DNA of 51,903 nucleotides from Simkaniaceae bacterium (GTDB lineage Bacteria; Chlamydiota; Chlamydiia; Chlamydiales; JAJFMI01): NCBI GenBank assembly GCA_040880145.1, contig JBBDIZ010000004.1, positions 1 to 51,903 of the forward strand, read 5' to 3'. Shown piece by piece: positions 30,193 to 39,759 of this stretch (position 1 is its first letter; each line of letters starts with the position of its first letter). The notes under the pieces were generated by a model. It saw only the letters and a program-made list of their open reading frames with translations, ran no database searches and was not told where the DNA came from. The position numbers and the translations under genes were made by a program.

Positions 30193-30703
30193 GAAAGAGA
30201 TCTACAAAGTCGAATCTTCAGTTAAGGTGACTGTTGCAAAGGGAAATCCTTTTTATAAAACCAAGCTAAAAAATTTAACCACAGGCGAGGTTTTAGAAAA
30301 AAGTTTTAAATTAGGAACAAATTTCGATGAAGTTTCTGTTTCAGCCCGTCGTTTAGAGTACCTCTATCCGGAGGGAAAAGACTTTCTTTTTCTAGATGTT
30401 GATCAACTTGAAAATGTCTGTGTTCCAGGACATGTTATCGGAGAATCAATTCATTATTTAAAGGAGGGGATTCAGTTAAAGGCCCTTTTTTATGCCGAAG
30501 CGATTTTTTCCGTGGAACTGCCTCAGTTTTTGGAGCTTACGGTCATCAAGACGGAAGCTTCTGATTCAAAAGTTACCGTTTCTAGCGCGACTAAAATTGC
30601 GATATTAGAGACGGGTGCAAGAATTACGGTTCCTCTTTTCGTAGAAGCTGGGGACATCGTTAAAGTCGATACTCATTCGAGTGAGTATGTTCAAAGGGTG
30701 TAA
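30146..30703 (+). CDS. efp: Elongation factor P (chlamydial accB-linked paralog)
   Basis: LEYLY and KIAILETG..VPLFVEAGD..KVDT motifs; start at ATG 30146. Confidence 0.93.
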   Translation: MTTLNQLSPGMIISLEKEIYKVESSVKVTVAKGNPFYKTKLKNLTTGEVLEKSFKLGTNFDEVSVSARRLEYLYPEGKDFLFLDVDQLENVCVPGHVIGESIHYLKEGIQLKALFYAEAIFSVELPQFLELTVIKTEASDSKVTVSSATKIAILETGARITVPLFVEAGDIVKVDTHSSEYVQRV

Positions 30704-30758
30704 TTTTTATTTTAATAGCGGATACTGTATAATGGTAGCCAAAGGAGCTTAGAATACT

Positions 30759-31211
30759 GTGAATAGAGAAGAAATTGAGAAGCTCATGGCCTCTATGAAA
30801 GAAATGGGGCTGACAAAAATTAAGATTAAAGATGTAGAGGGATTTGAGCTTGAGCTAGAAAGGCAAGAGCAAAGGGGAATCGTTTCACCTGATTCAAATT
30901 CTAAAGTCGTTCATTATCAACCTGTAGAAGAGCATTATGGCTCTTCGCATGCGGCATTGCCAAAAGAGGTTAGAACAGGAACGTTTATTATTTCCCCGAT
31001 GGTTGGGACATTTTATTCTTCTCCTGGGCCCGACCAAGAGGTCTTTGTCAAAGTTGGGGATCGTGTTAAAGAGGATTCCGTTGTGTGCATTGTTGAAGCT
31101 ATGAAGGTAATGAATGAGGTAAAGTCTGGGAAAAGCGGCATTATTAGGGAAATTTTGATTGATAATGCCGAGCCTGTAGAGTTTGGAACAGAGTTATTTA
31201 GGATTGATTGA
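30759..31211 (+). CDS. accB: Acetyl-CoA carboxylase biotin carboxyl carrier protein
   Basis: SPMVGTFY and EAMKVMNE biotinylation motifs. Confidence 0.96.
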   Translation: MNREEIEKLMASMKEMGLTKIKIKDVEGFELELERQEQRGIVSPDSNSKVVHYQPVEEHYGSSHAALPKEVRTGTFIISPMVGTFYSSPGPDQEVFVKVGDRVKEDSVVCIVEAMKVMNEVKSGKSGIIREILIDNAEPVEFGTELFRID

Positions 31212-31216
31212 AGGAT

Positions 31217-32584
31217 ATGAAAAAAGTCTTAGTTGCTAATCGCGGAGAAATTGCTGTCCGTATCATTCGAGCCTGCCACGAGCTTGGCCTTCAAACAGTT
31301 GCAGTTTATTCAAAAGCTGATCAAGAGGCTTTGCACGTTTTATTAGCCGATGAGGCGATTTGTATTGGGGAAGCCCCTTCGCATAAATCTTACTTGCGAA
31401 TTCCGAATATTCTGTCCGCCTGTGAGATAACAGGGGCTGATGCGGTTCATCCCGGATATGGCTTTTTGAGTGAAAGCTCTAATTTTGCTTCTATTTGTGA
31501 AAGCTGCGGTTTAACTTTTATTGGCCCATCGGCAGAAACAATAGGGCTTCTTGGTGATAAAGCTCAAGCAAAGGCTTTGGCTAAAAGCGTAAAATGTCCT
31601 GTAATACCTGGATCAATTGGTGTCGTAGCCTCAGTGAAAGAGGGGCTTAAAGAAGCTGAAAAAATTGGCTATCCGATCTTTATCAAAGCATCAGCTGGGG
31701 GAGGCGGTAAGGGAATTCGCATCGCCTATGATGAGGCTGACTTTATCCGTAAATTCACTGCCGCTCGAACAGAGGCTGAGGCCTCATTTAATAATCCTGA
31801 TGTCTATCTTGAAAAAATGATCATGAATCCAAGGCACATTGAGATCCAAATATTAGGGGATAAGTTTGGCAATTATGTTCATTTAGGAGAGCGTGACTGT
31901 ACGATTCAAAGACGCCGCCAAAAGTTGATCGAAGAGTGTCCAAGTCCTGTTCTATCTCCTTCTCAGCGGAAAAAGATGGGGGAGTGTGCGATTCATCTAG
32001 TCAAAGCGGCTCGCTATCATACAGTCGGGACGGTTGAATTTCTTTTAGATAACGATGGACGCTTCTATTTTATGGAGGTGAATACTCGGATTCAAGTTGA
32101 GCATACAGTTACGGAAGAGTTGACGGGAATTGATCTCGTCAAAGAACAGATTCGTATGGCAATAGGTGAGAAGTTAACTCATAAACAGAAAGAAATTCAG
32201 TTTCGCGGCCATGTAATGGAGTTTCGGATTAACGCAGAAAATCCCTCCAAGGGTTTTTCGCCCTCTCCCGGCCGTCTTGAATATTTTATTCCTCCAGGCG
32301 GCCCATCTGTTCGGGTCGATACCGCTTGCTATAGCGGTTATACCATCCCGCCTAACTACGACTCTTTAATTGCAAAATTGATTGTGAGAGGGAAGGATCG
32401 AAAAGAGACAATGGCTATAGCTGAGCGAGCCTTAAAAGAATTTCACATTGGAGGCGTCGATTCAACCATTCCTTTTCATCGTTATATGCTGAAAAAAGAG
32501 AAATTCCAAAAAGGGAAATATGCTCTTAATTATATCGATGAATTGCTAGAGGAAGGGTGCCGTTTCGATGAAGAAGACTCTTAG
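31217..32584 (+). CDS. accC: Biotin carboxylase
   Basis: ANRGEIAVR, HPGYGFLSE and EVNTRIQVEH motifs. Confidence 0.97.
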   Translation: MKKVLVANRGEIAVRIIRACHELGLQTVAVYSKADQEALHVLLADEAICIGEAPSHKSYLRIPNILSACEITGADAVHPGYGFLSESSNFASICESCGLTFIGPSAETIGLLGDKAQAKALAKSVKCPVIPGSIGVVASVKEGLKEAEKIGYPIFIKASAGGGGKGIRIAYDEADFIRKFTAARTEAEASFNNPDVYLEKMIMNPRHIEIQILGDKFGNYVHLGERDCTIQRRRQKLIEECPSPVLSPSQRKKMGECAIHLVKAARYHTVGTVEFLLDNDGRFYFMEVNTRIQVEHTVTEELTGIDLVKEQIRMAIGEKLTHKQKEIQFRGHVMEFRINAENPSKGFSPSPGRLEYFIPPGGPSVRVDTACYSGYTIPPNYDSLIAKLIVRGKDRKETMAIAERALKEFHIGGVDSTIPFHRYMLKKEKFQKGKYALNYIDELLEEGCRFDEEDS

Positions 32585-33074
32585 TATCACCCCTGAAGAA
32601 ATCGATCAAAAAATTAATGCATTTGGATCTTACCTAAATCAATTTTATAAAAACCAGCCCTTAATCATAGTAGGGATCTTAAAAGGCTCAATTTGCTTTA
32701 TTGCAGATTTGATTCGAAAACTCGATATTCCCTTTGAGCTAGAATTTATCCAGTGTCAAAGTTATGGAGATAAAGGAATGACGCCTGGAAAATTGACGAT
32801 CTCATATCTAGATTTCCTCGCTGTTAAAGATAAGCCCCTTCTTCTCATCGATGATATTTTAGATACCGGACAAACTTTAACTCAAGTGATTCAAGAGCTG
32901 AAAAAATTAGAGCCCGCGTCTATTAAAAGCTGCGTGCTTTTAAAAAAAAAGAACAAAAGCCCACTTTCTGTAGACCATGTTTTATTTGAAATAGAGGACC
33001 GATTTGTAATAGGTTATGGGCTTGATTATAAGGAAAAGTATCGAGGTCTGAAAGGCCTCTATCAAGTGGAATGA
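32568..33074 (+). CDS. hpt: Hypoxanthine phosphoribosyltransferase
   Basis: LKGS, LLIDDILDTGQT and FVIGYGLDY motifs. Confidence 0.93.
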   Translation: MKKTLSITPEEIDQKINAFGSYLNQFYKNQPLIIVGILKGSICFIADLIRKLDIPFELEFIQCQSYGDKGMTPGKLTISYLDFLAVKDKPLLLIDDILDTGQTLTQVIQELKKLEPASIKSCVLLKKKNKSPLSVDHVLFEIEDRFVIGYGLDYKEKYRGLKGLYQVE

Positions 33075-33967
33075 AAGGCATTATTCTAGCTGGAGGCGAG
33101 GGTACGCGATTGCATCCTCTTACCCTCGTAACAAGTAAACAGCTTTTACCTGTTTACAACAAACCCATGATTTATTATCCGCTCGCTACCCTCATGCAAG
33201 CTGGAATTCACGAAATATTGATTATTTCTTCACCACAGGACCTTCCAAGATTCGAAAAACTTCTTTCCGATGGTTCCTCGCTAGGGCTAAAAATTTCTTA
33301 CTGTGTACAAGAAAAACCTCGTGGGATAGCAGAAGCGTTTATTATTGCTGAAAGTTTTATTCAAAGTGACCCAGTTGCTCTTGTCCTAGGAGATAATCTC
33401 TTCTATGGGCTTAATATGGAAAGGCTTTTAATGGAGAGCTCTATGCTAAAAAATGGGGGGATCGTTTTTGGGTATGAAGTTGTGAATCCGACTCGCTACG
33501 GCGTTATTGCTTTTGATAAAAACAATAAAATTGTCGACATTATTGAAAAACCAACCATTCCTCCTTCGAACTATGCCGTTACCGGGCTCTATTTTTATGA
33601 TTCAAAGGTTGTTGAAATTGCAAAAAAATTAAAACCCTCGAAAAGAGGCGAGCTTGAGATTACGGATGTGAACTCGGCTTACTTAAAAAGAGGAGAATTA
33701 ACGGTAAAGCTTTTTGACCGAGGTTCAGCATGGCTTGATACCGGTACGCATGAAGCGTTGCATAATGCTTCGAATTTTGTTCAAATGGTTGAAGAGAGAC
33801 AAGGGATCAGAATTGGTTGTATCGAAGAGATTGCTTTCCAAAAGGGGTTGATAAGCCTTGAGCAATTTGAAAAGCTAGCTGAAAAAGCGAATCAGAGCGC
33901 TTATGGAAGTTATCTTATGCAGAGGGTGATTTCAGCTTCCGAGAAGAGGATGAACGCTTTTTCTTGA
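33071..33967 (+). CDS. rfbA: Glucose-1-phosphate thymidylyltransferase
   Basis: GIILAGGEGTRLHP, KQLLPVYNKPM and WLDTGT motifs. Confidence 0.96.
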   Translation: MKGIILAGGEGTRLHPLTLVTSKQLLPVYNKPMIYYPLATLMQAGIHEILIISSPQDLPRFEKLLSDGSSLGLKISYCVQEKPRGIAEAFIIAESFIQSDPVALVLGDNLFYGLNMERLLMESSMLKNGGIVFGYEVVNPTRYGVIAFDKNNKIVDIIEKPTIPPSNYAVTGLYFYDSKVVEIAKKLKPSKRGELEITDVNSAYLKRGELTVKLFDRGSAWLDTGTHEALHNASNFVQMVEERQGIRIGCIEEIAFQKGLISLEQFEKLAEKANQSAYGSYLMQRVISASEKRMNAFS

Positions 33968-34826
33968 TGGGAGATCTTCCATAGACAACCTCATGTAGAT
34001 TTTCGATAGCCATAAACGAGCCGGGATCTTCTCTAAGAACAATTTCCTTTAAATCTGCCAAATCTAAACGTTCCACAATAACAAATAGAATTTCTCTAGC
34101 ATCGCCGGTATAGCCGCCTCGTCCATACATGACCGTAAGGCCGAGCCCCATCTCATGCATGATGACTTCTTTAAGTCGATCGGGTTTTGATGAGATGATC
34201 AAAACAGATTTTAGCTCATCTAAGCCTACAATCACCATATCCATGATTTTAAAGGCTACGATGTAGGTAATCATCGATCTTGTAGCAATATGCCAGTCTT
34301 TGAAGATTAACCCATAGGCTCCAAAAACAAAGACGTTGATGAAGAGAACGACCTGACCTACTGTAAAGCCTTTTTTTCGATTAATAATGATGGCCATAAT
34401 TTCAGTGCCATCCAAACAACCTCCATTACGAATGATAAGCCCGACACCCGCACCTAAAATGGCTCCTCCGATTACAATAACCTCTAGAGGATCTCCAATA
34501 AAGGGGGGAGCAAGCTCCATAACGTAAAGAAAAATAGCAAAGAACAGGATGGCCATTAGAAATTGAATGACAAAGCTTTTTCGGATATGACGATAGGCAA
34601 GATAGAGGAAGGGAAGGTTGAGCAGGATCAAAATAGGAGAGATCCAGCTATCACCAAAAAGTCGGCCGCAAATCAATGAAATCCCCACAATACCGCCATC
34701 GATCAAATTGTTCGGAATGAGAAAAACGTGAATAGAAAGTGCCGCTAGAAAAGCCCCTAGAGCGATCCAAAAAAAGCTAACTAAACGTCCACGGAGTGAC
34801 TTTTGAGGGGATGAATTTGCAACCAT
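33915..34826 (-). CDS. YitT family membrane protein
   Basis: PNNLIDGGIVG and GGCLDGTE motifs; C-terminal GRGGYTG domain. Confidence 0.9.
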   Translation of the reverse strand: MVANSSPQKSLRGRLVSFFWIALGAFLAALSIHVFLIPNNLIDGGIVGISLICGRLFGDSWISPILILLNLPFLYLAYRHIRKSFVIQFLMAILFFAIFLYVMELAPPFIGDPLEVIVIGGAILGAGVGLIIRNGGCLDGTEIMAIIINRKKGFTVGQVVLFINVFVFGAYGLIFKDWHIATRSMITYIVAFKIMDMVIVGLDELKSVLIISSKPDRLKEVIMHEMGLGLTVMYGRGGYTGDAREILFVIVERLDLADLKEIVLREDPGSFMAIENLHEVVYGRSPIKKKRSSSSRKLKSPSA

Positions 34827-35049
34827 AACTTGATGCGGGATTCTAACGAAAGGGGAATTTCTTGTCTATGATAAACGTGCTTGCTAAAATCCAGTTAAAA
34901 GCCCAAAAGGCCAGAGAAAGAAGAGAATAAGCTCGGGCCAGAAAGGCTGCTAATACGCAGGAAAATTTTTCAGAACCTTCCACAAATAGCTTTAAATTAA
35001 GAGGACATATGGGAATTCTCATCTCGTTTAGGGGATTGAGAGTGTCACT

Positions 35050-38000
35050 CTATTTTCCCCAGACTTCTCGAATAAGACGTCCGGAAGCTATGTCGTACTC
35101 AATCGTTTTACAAGACCCGTTTGGTAGGGAGATGTGGATCAATTGGTTAAAGGAATTGTATTCATAAGAGCTAGTCTTGCCTTCTGCATCGGTTACTTCT
35201 TTTAAGTTGTGTTTGGGGTCATATCCATAGGAAGTGGCAAAATTTTTAGCGTCTGTAATTTGCTTAAGGTCACCTCCTTCATGGTATGAAAAATGGGTAG
35301 TTCCTATAGGGGTTTGGATGGATTTAAGAAGATCTCCATCATATTCATAATGTTTCTGAATTCCAAATTTATCTGAGGTTTCACGAATCCTTCCTTTTTC
35401 ATCTACTTTGCGTTCAAACATATAGCCGGTTGGGAAGAGAAGCTCTTTTAATTGCCCATTCTTATCATATGTGAAAGAGGTGGTTGCATGGCGCGTATTC
35501 GTATGGCTCATTAATTGCCCCGTCGATTCGTTATATCTAAAAGACACTGCATAGCGTCCGTCCAAGGTCACGCCCTTGCATTTAGATGAGTAACGGTCAT
35601 TTTCATCGAAATTCACAGTGGCTTTGATAAAAGTTTGGCTAAGGCGATTATTCCATCCGTATGTATTCCAGATAGCTCTTCCATTTGGCTCTTTTTGACA
35701 AAGCAAATTTCCATTTCTGTCATAAAAAAATCTCCATTCAGCTCCGACTGGATTTTTAAAATAAATTGGATTCCCGCGTGCATCACAGTGACATTCGCTA
35801 ATATTCCCTTTTGGATCTGTGATTTTTGTTGGGAAGCGGATGTTATCTTGCTCATAAACAAAATCCCAAGTAAGTCCAGTGGGGCTTTTCTTATGGATTA
35901 GACGATTCTTGGAATCAAAATAAAAAATTGATTCTTTCTCTTGTCTATCCGTCATTGTCATGATTTTCTTTTCCAAGGAAAAATCAGCCTGGTATTTCAT
36001 TGATCCGTCTCTAATTGCCACTGCACGGTTGTAATCATCATATGTAGCTTCAAAGAGAGTCTTTCCTAGAGGATCGGTAATTTTATCGAGCCGTTTATCT
36101 AAGTCATAGGCGTAATAGAAATAGATTTCATTTTCACTTCCTACAGTGCGAAGTTGGCCGTTAGGATGATAAGTGTATTGTATGGTCGTACTTTCAAGCC
36201 CTGAGGCTTTAACGAGACGATTATTATCGTACTCTAGGAAAATGGCTACTCCACTCTGATGATGGATAGAGCTGAGTTGATTGTCACGATATTGGTACTC
36301 AATAGAGAGACCATTGGTATCAAGTGTTTTTAAGAGCTGTCCTTGCTTGTCAAAATCTAATTGGCCAATCCGCGAGATGAAAAGAGAGAGTGTCCCATTG
36401 AGATTATCTCTCAAAAGACCAGGGTAGTCGGAGCTTGTAAAGAGAGGGTAATTCTCTTCGCTAAAAATGAAGGGTTGATAGAGACACTCTCCTTCTGGGG
36501 TTCTAACTAAGATAGTTTGATAAGTTTCACAAGACCTTCCATCAGAGGAAGTAACTATAATTTTTTTTGAAGGCAATTCAAGCTCATAAGGAGTGATTCG
36601 CCATCCATGGCCAACGGCTGACTCTTTTTCGGAAAAAGAGTTGTAGAATCGTTGCAAGCTGAGTTTTTGATTGCCTGGCACAGAAAAACTCATATCGATA
36701 TAGTTTTTTTTCACATTGCCCGGCTTTCTCGTGCGATAAATGCTTTGAGCAACGGCCATAAAGGTGTCTTGGTTAGTGGGAGAACTGAAAGTCCAAGTAA
36801 AGTCATTTTCTGAGGGTCTTGATTTTAAGGCTGAAGAGGCAAAATCATTGGCAACTGGATCTATATAAGTAGAAAAATTTTGGCTGTTAAACGAATAGCT
36901 GATGCCTCCTGATGCACTTCTCACCTGTGGATAGGAAACAGGCACGTTTCTCTTGCGCCTATGCTCTTTGACATGCCTTTTTTCCGTTTTTGTTAAGGTC
37001 CATTCGTAGCTATCTACTATTGGGGTAATATATTGAGGTGTTTCTATTATTTTAGGTTGATAGTTTGAGAAAAAGGTGGTATCAAACGGCACATTATTAT
37101 CTTTTAGCCATTTGACAATGGCTGTAACTTTCCCGAGTTGTTTCAATTTTTCTAAAATAGGGAATTGTCTTGCAAACTCATCAAAGTGAACGGTGAGGTG
37201 TTCGGCAAACTCGCGGCAAGCGGAATAATCTTTAGTTGAACCACTAAATTGAGCTTCTGTTAGCACTTTCATCCGGAAATCGCTAAATACCATTCCTTTG
37301 TGAGATTCATCTTCAACAAGAGTGATCTGCTCGGGGACAAACCACATACGAATATCGAGGGGGTTATCGGTGCATTGATGAGCGGCAAGCCTAGCGAGAA
37401 TACTGGAATATCCTGGGATGTTCAGATTAAAGCGTTGCCCACTATTTTTGTCTTTGCCAATCATAAGGCTTTTTAAAAGATAGTCTGCTTCGAATATGGT
37501 TTGGCCAAAAGTCGTATTCGCTGTTGCTCCATCGTATCGGACTTTTAATTTATTTAGAAATGGAGAAGGCTCTGTTCCAATCGACACTCCAGGATCTGCC
37601 ACAGGGCTGGTTAGGCCAATTCCATAAACAGACCTGACAGCAACGGTTAAATCATCAAGTTCAAGGGGTGGTAAATAGTGATTTTGAGGCCCAAACAAGA
37701 CAATTTGACCTGTAGCGGGATCAAAAGCTGCTCCTGCGATATCAGCTAGGCTCAGTTTGAGTTCTGCTGTCTTAGATAAGCTCACTCCTCCGAAATCTAA
37801 GCTAGGAGAAAAGTTCATTCCAATAGGAGGCTTACTTGTCGGTTCTGTGGGCTTTGTATTGTTCTGTTCGGTAATCCAACGATGTAACTTTGTTGGCTGA
37901 GAGATTTTAGTAAAATCCTTAAAATTTGGATGTTCAATTTCACAAACATCCAGAACTTTTGTGACCATATCAATGCAGTTATTCTTCAGTAGATGATATT

Positions 38001-39738
38001 TTCCTGGGTCTTTGAGAACTTCAGCAACTCGGGTGGCATGTTCTGTTTGAATTTCAAATTTTATCGATACGGTTCTCTCTGTTCCTCGACCTGTGTCGTT
38101 TTGAGGACCATCAAAATAGTTTCCTCGACATGTGCAGGTGCCGTCTTGGTCTTTAAGTTCATTCCAACCATGTCCGAAATCACCCCAGTCCCAATCATTG
38201 GGAAAGTCGGCGAAAATCGTTAGCTCCTCCAGTCCCAAGGGATCAATAAAATTAACTGGATTATTACTGACATAGAGATAAGGATTAAGAGTGACAGGAC
38301 GGTCTAATCTACCAAGGCGAGGATCTTTAGAAATGAACCTTCCGATTTCTGGATCATAGTATCGATTTCTTAAGAAAATGAGACCTGTTTCATCATCGAA
38401 TTGCTCACCGCAATATTTATAAGCATTTGGGATATTTTGCTCATCTGAAAGAAGGCCGCCGAATGCATCATATTCGTAACGATTTAATACTTGATCTGAA
38501 GAGCCAATAAGAGCTGAGATGTTTTTCCCGATGCTGTCATAGAGGTAAAACTGCGTTTTGCCATCAGCGGATTGGCTGATTCTAGAACCTCCGTAAACAT
38601 ACCGGGTCGTTTTTTCTCCTTTCCAGCAATCTTCCTGTACTTGTTTGAGCAGAACTTGACTTACAGAAGCAACGAGATCATTGATATAATCTGTACGGAT
38701 ACCATTGACTGTTTTAGAAATTCGATTGCCGTTTCCATCATATTCAAAAAGAACTTGATTAGAGCTGTCTGAGTAAGAGATAAGGTGATTATCGAAGTTA
38801 TAGCTATAGATGGCTTTATGCCCTGGAGAAGACTTCTTAATTAAATTGCCGGCAAGGTCATATTTGTAAGTGGTATCTCCAGCTTTTCTAAGGCGATTTT
38901 CTTCATCATATTCGTAGACAATAGTTCCTTTAGGTGTTGTTTTACTGCGTCTATTTCCTGCGCCATCATATGAAAACTCTTCGAAAAAGCCATCTGAGTA
39001 TTTTGCTTTTTTGACTCTATTAAGCTTATCATAGGTGTATATGACATAAGAGCATTTTTCTGAGGTAATCTTTTCAATTTTTGATCGATTTCCATTGTCG
39101 TCATATGTATAGCGAAATTCTTCTATTAAATTTTCGTTGGCTTTTCTATGGATAATGTGAGATATTCTTCGGGTTTTATGGTATCGATACTCGGTTGTTA
39201 CTCCATTAGGCAAATTTTTTCTTTTTAGAATATTGCTTAATTCATCGTATTCAAATCTTGTAATTCCCGAAAAATCTTTGATTGTTTCTAATCGATTGGA
39301 AAGATCGTAACTGTACTCGATCTCAGTCTCATCAGGATAGATCAACTTTACAAGATTTCCTTCTAAATCATACTGGTAAGAGATGAATTGCCCATTAGGA
39401 AGGGTAACTTTGTTGATTTGTCCAAATTCATCGGGTTCAAATAAGGTCACCCCATGCTGGTCTTCCATTTTTATTCGAACGCCATTTAGATCGTAGGAAT
39501 ATTTGACGCTTTTTCCATCTGGGAAGATTATCTGTTCTAGCCTGTTTAAACAGTCATAGTGGTATTGAATAGCAAATCCCCTAGGATCTGTAACTTCTTG
39601 TAAATTTCCATATGGATCATACGAATACGATTTTACTGAAATAGCATCGGAGGAACTGGGGATTAATAAAGAGAATATCCATAGAAAAATGGATATTCGT
39701 CTATTGATGAATTTGTAAAGTAGAGATGATTTTATCAT
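35050..39738 (-). CDS. Atypical (apparently circularly permuted) RHS/YD protein with internal His/Cys peptidase-like cargo
   Basis: Signal-like N-terminus; YD repeats at aa ~33-440; core RYYDPEIGRFISKDP...NNPVNFIDPLG (DPLG at aa 499-502); GH (H523)...YHLLKNNC (C588); DUF1598-like region; DUF6531-like module at aa ~1007; YD repeats to the C-terminus. Confidence 0.88.
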   Translation of the reverse strand: MIKSSLLYKFINRRISIFLWIFSLLIPSSSDAISVKSYSYDPYGNLQEVTDPRGFAIQYHYDCLNRLEQIIFPDGKSVKYSYDLNGVRIKMEDQHGVTLFEPDEFGQINKVTLPNGQFISYQYDLEGNLVKLIYPDETEIEYSYDLSNRLETIKDFSGITRFEYDELSNILKRKNLPNGVTTEYRYHKTRRISHIIHRKANENLIEEFRYTYDDNGNRSKIEKITSEKCSYVIYTYDKLNRVKKAKYSDGFFEEFSYDGAGNRRSKTTPKGTIVYEYDEENRLRKAGDTTYKYDLAGNLIKKSSPGHKAIYSYNFDNHLISYSDSSNQVLFEYDGNGNRISKTVNGIRTDYINDLVASVSQVLLKQVQEDCWKGEKTTRYVYGGSRISQSADGKTQFYLYDSIGKNISALIGSSDQVLNRYEYDAFGGLLSDEQNIPNAYKYCGEQFDDETGLIFLRNRYYDPEIGRFISKDPRLGRLDRPVTLNPYLYVSNNPVNFIDPLGLEELTIFADFPNDWDWGDFGHGWNELKDQDGTCTCRGNYFDGPQNDTGRGTERTVSIKFEIQTEHATRVAEVLKDPGKYHLLKNNCIDMVTKVLDVCEIEHPNFKDFTKISQPTKLHRWITEQNNTKPTEPTSKPPIGMNFSPSLDFGGVSLSKTAELKLSLADIAGAAFDPATGQIVLFGPQNHYLPPLELDDLTVAVRSVYGIGLTSPVADPGVSIGTEPSPFLNKLKVRYDGATANTTFGQTIFEADYLLKSLMIGKDKNSGQRFNLNIPGYSSILARLAAHQCTDNPLDIRMWFVPEQITLVEDESHKGMVFSDFRMKVLTEAQFSGSTKDYSACREFAEHLTVHFDEFARQFPILEKLKQLGKVTAIVKWLKDNNVPFDTTFFSNYQPKIIETPQYITPIVDSYEWTLTKTEKRHVKEHRRKRNVPVSYPQVRSASGGISYSFNSQNFSTYIDPVANDFASSALKSRPSENDFTWTFSSPTNQDTFMAVAQSIYRTRKPGNVKKNYIDMSFSVPGNQKLSLQRFYNSFSEKESAVGHGWRITPYELELPSKKIIVTSSDGRSCETYQTILVRTPEGECLYQPFIFSEENYPLFTSSDYPGLLRDNLNGTLSLFISRIGQLDFDKQGQLLKTLDTNGLSIEYQYRDNQLSSIHHQSGVAIFLEYDNNRLVKASGLESTTIQYTYHPNGQLRTVGSENEIYFYYAYDLDKRLDKITDPLGKTLFEATYDDYNRAVAIRDGSMKYQADFSLEKKIMTMTDRQEKESIFYFDSKNRLIHKKSPTGLTWDFVYEQDNIRFPTKITDPKGNISECHCDARGNPIYFKNPVGAEWRFFYDRNGNLLCQKEPNGRAIWNTYGWNNRLSQTFIKATVNFDENDRYSSKCKGVTLDGRYAVSFRYNESTGQLMSHTNTRHATTSFTYDKNGQLKELLFPTGYMFERKVDEKGRIRETSDKFGIQKHYEYDGDLLKSIQTPIGTTHFSYHEGGDLKQITDAKNFATSYGYDPKHNLKEVTDAEGKTSSYEYNSFNQLIHISLPNGSCKTIEYDIASGRLIREVWGK

Positions 39739-39759
39739 GTTTGGGTTTCATTATTAGAC

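Noticed and set aside
30146..30703. EF-P lacking the canonical PGKG loop (VAKG instead)
   Set aside because: Consistent with the known divergent chlamydial efp paralog next to accB.
33071..33967. rfbA without rfbBCD
   Set aside because: The other genes may be elsewhere in the genome; this cannot be judged from the window.
34868..35010. Interrupted plus-strand frame (AQKARERRE*ARARKAA) between yitT and the RHS gene
   Set aside because: It is short, has no recognisable motif and abuts the yitT promoter, so a pseudogene cannot be supported.
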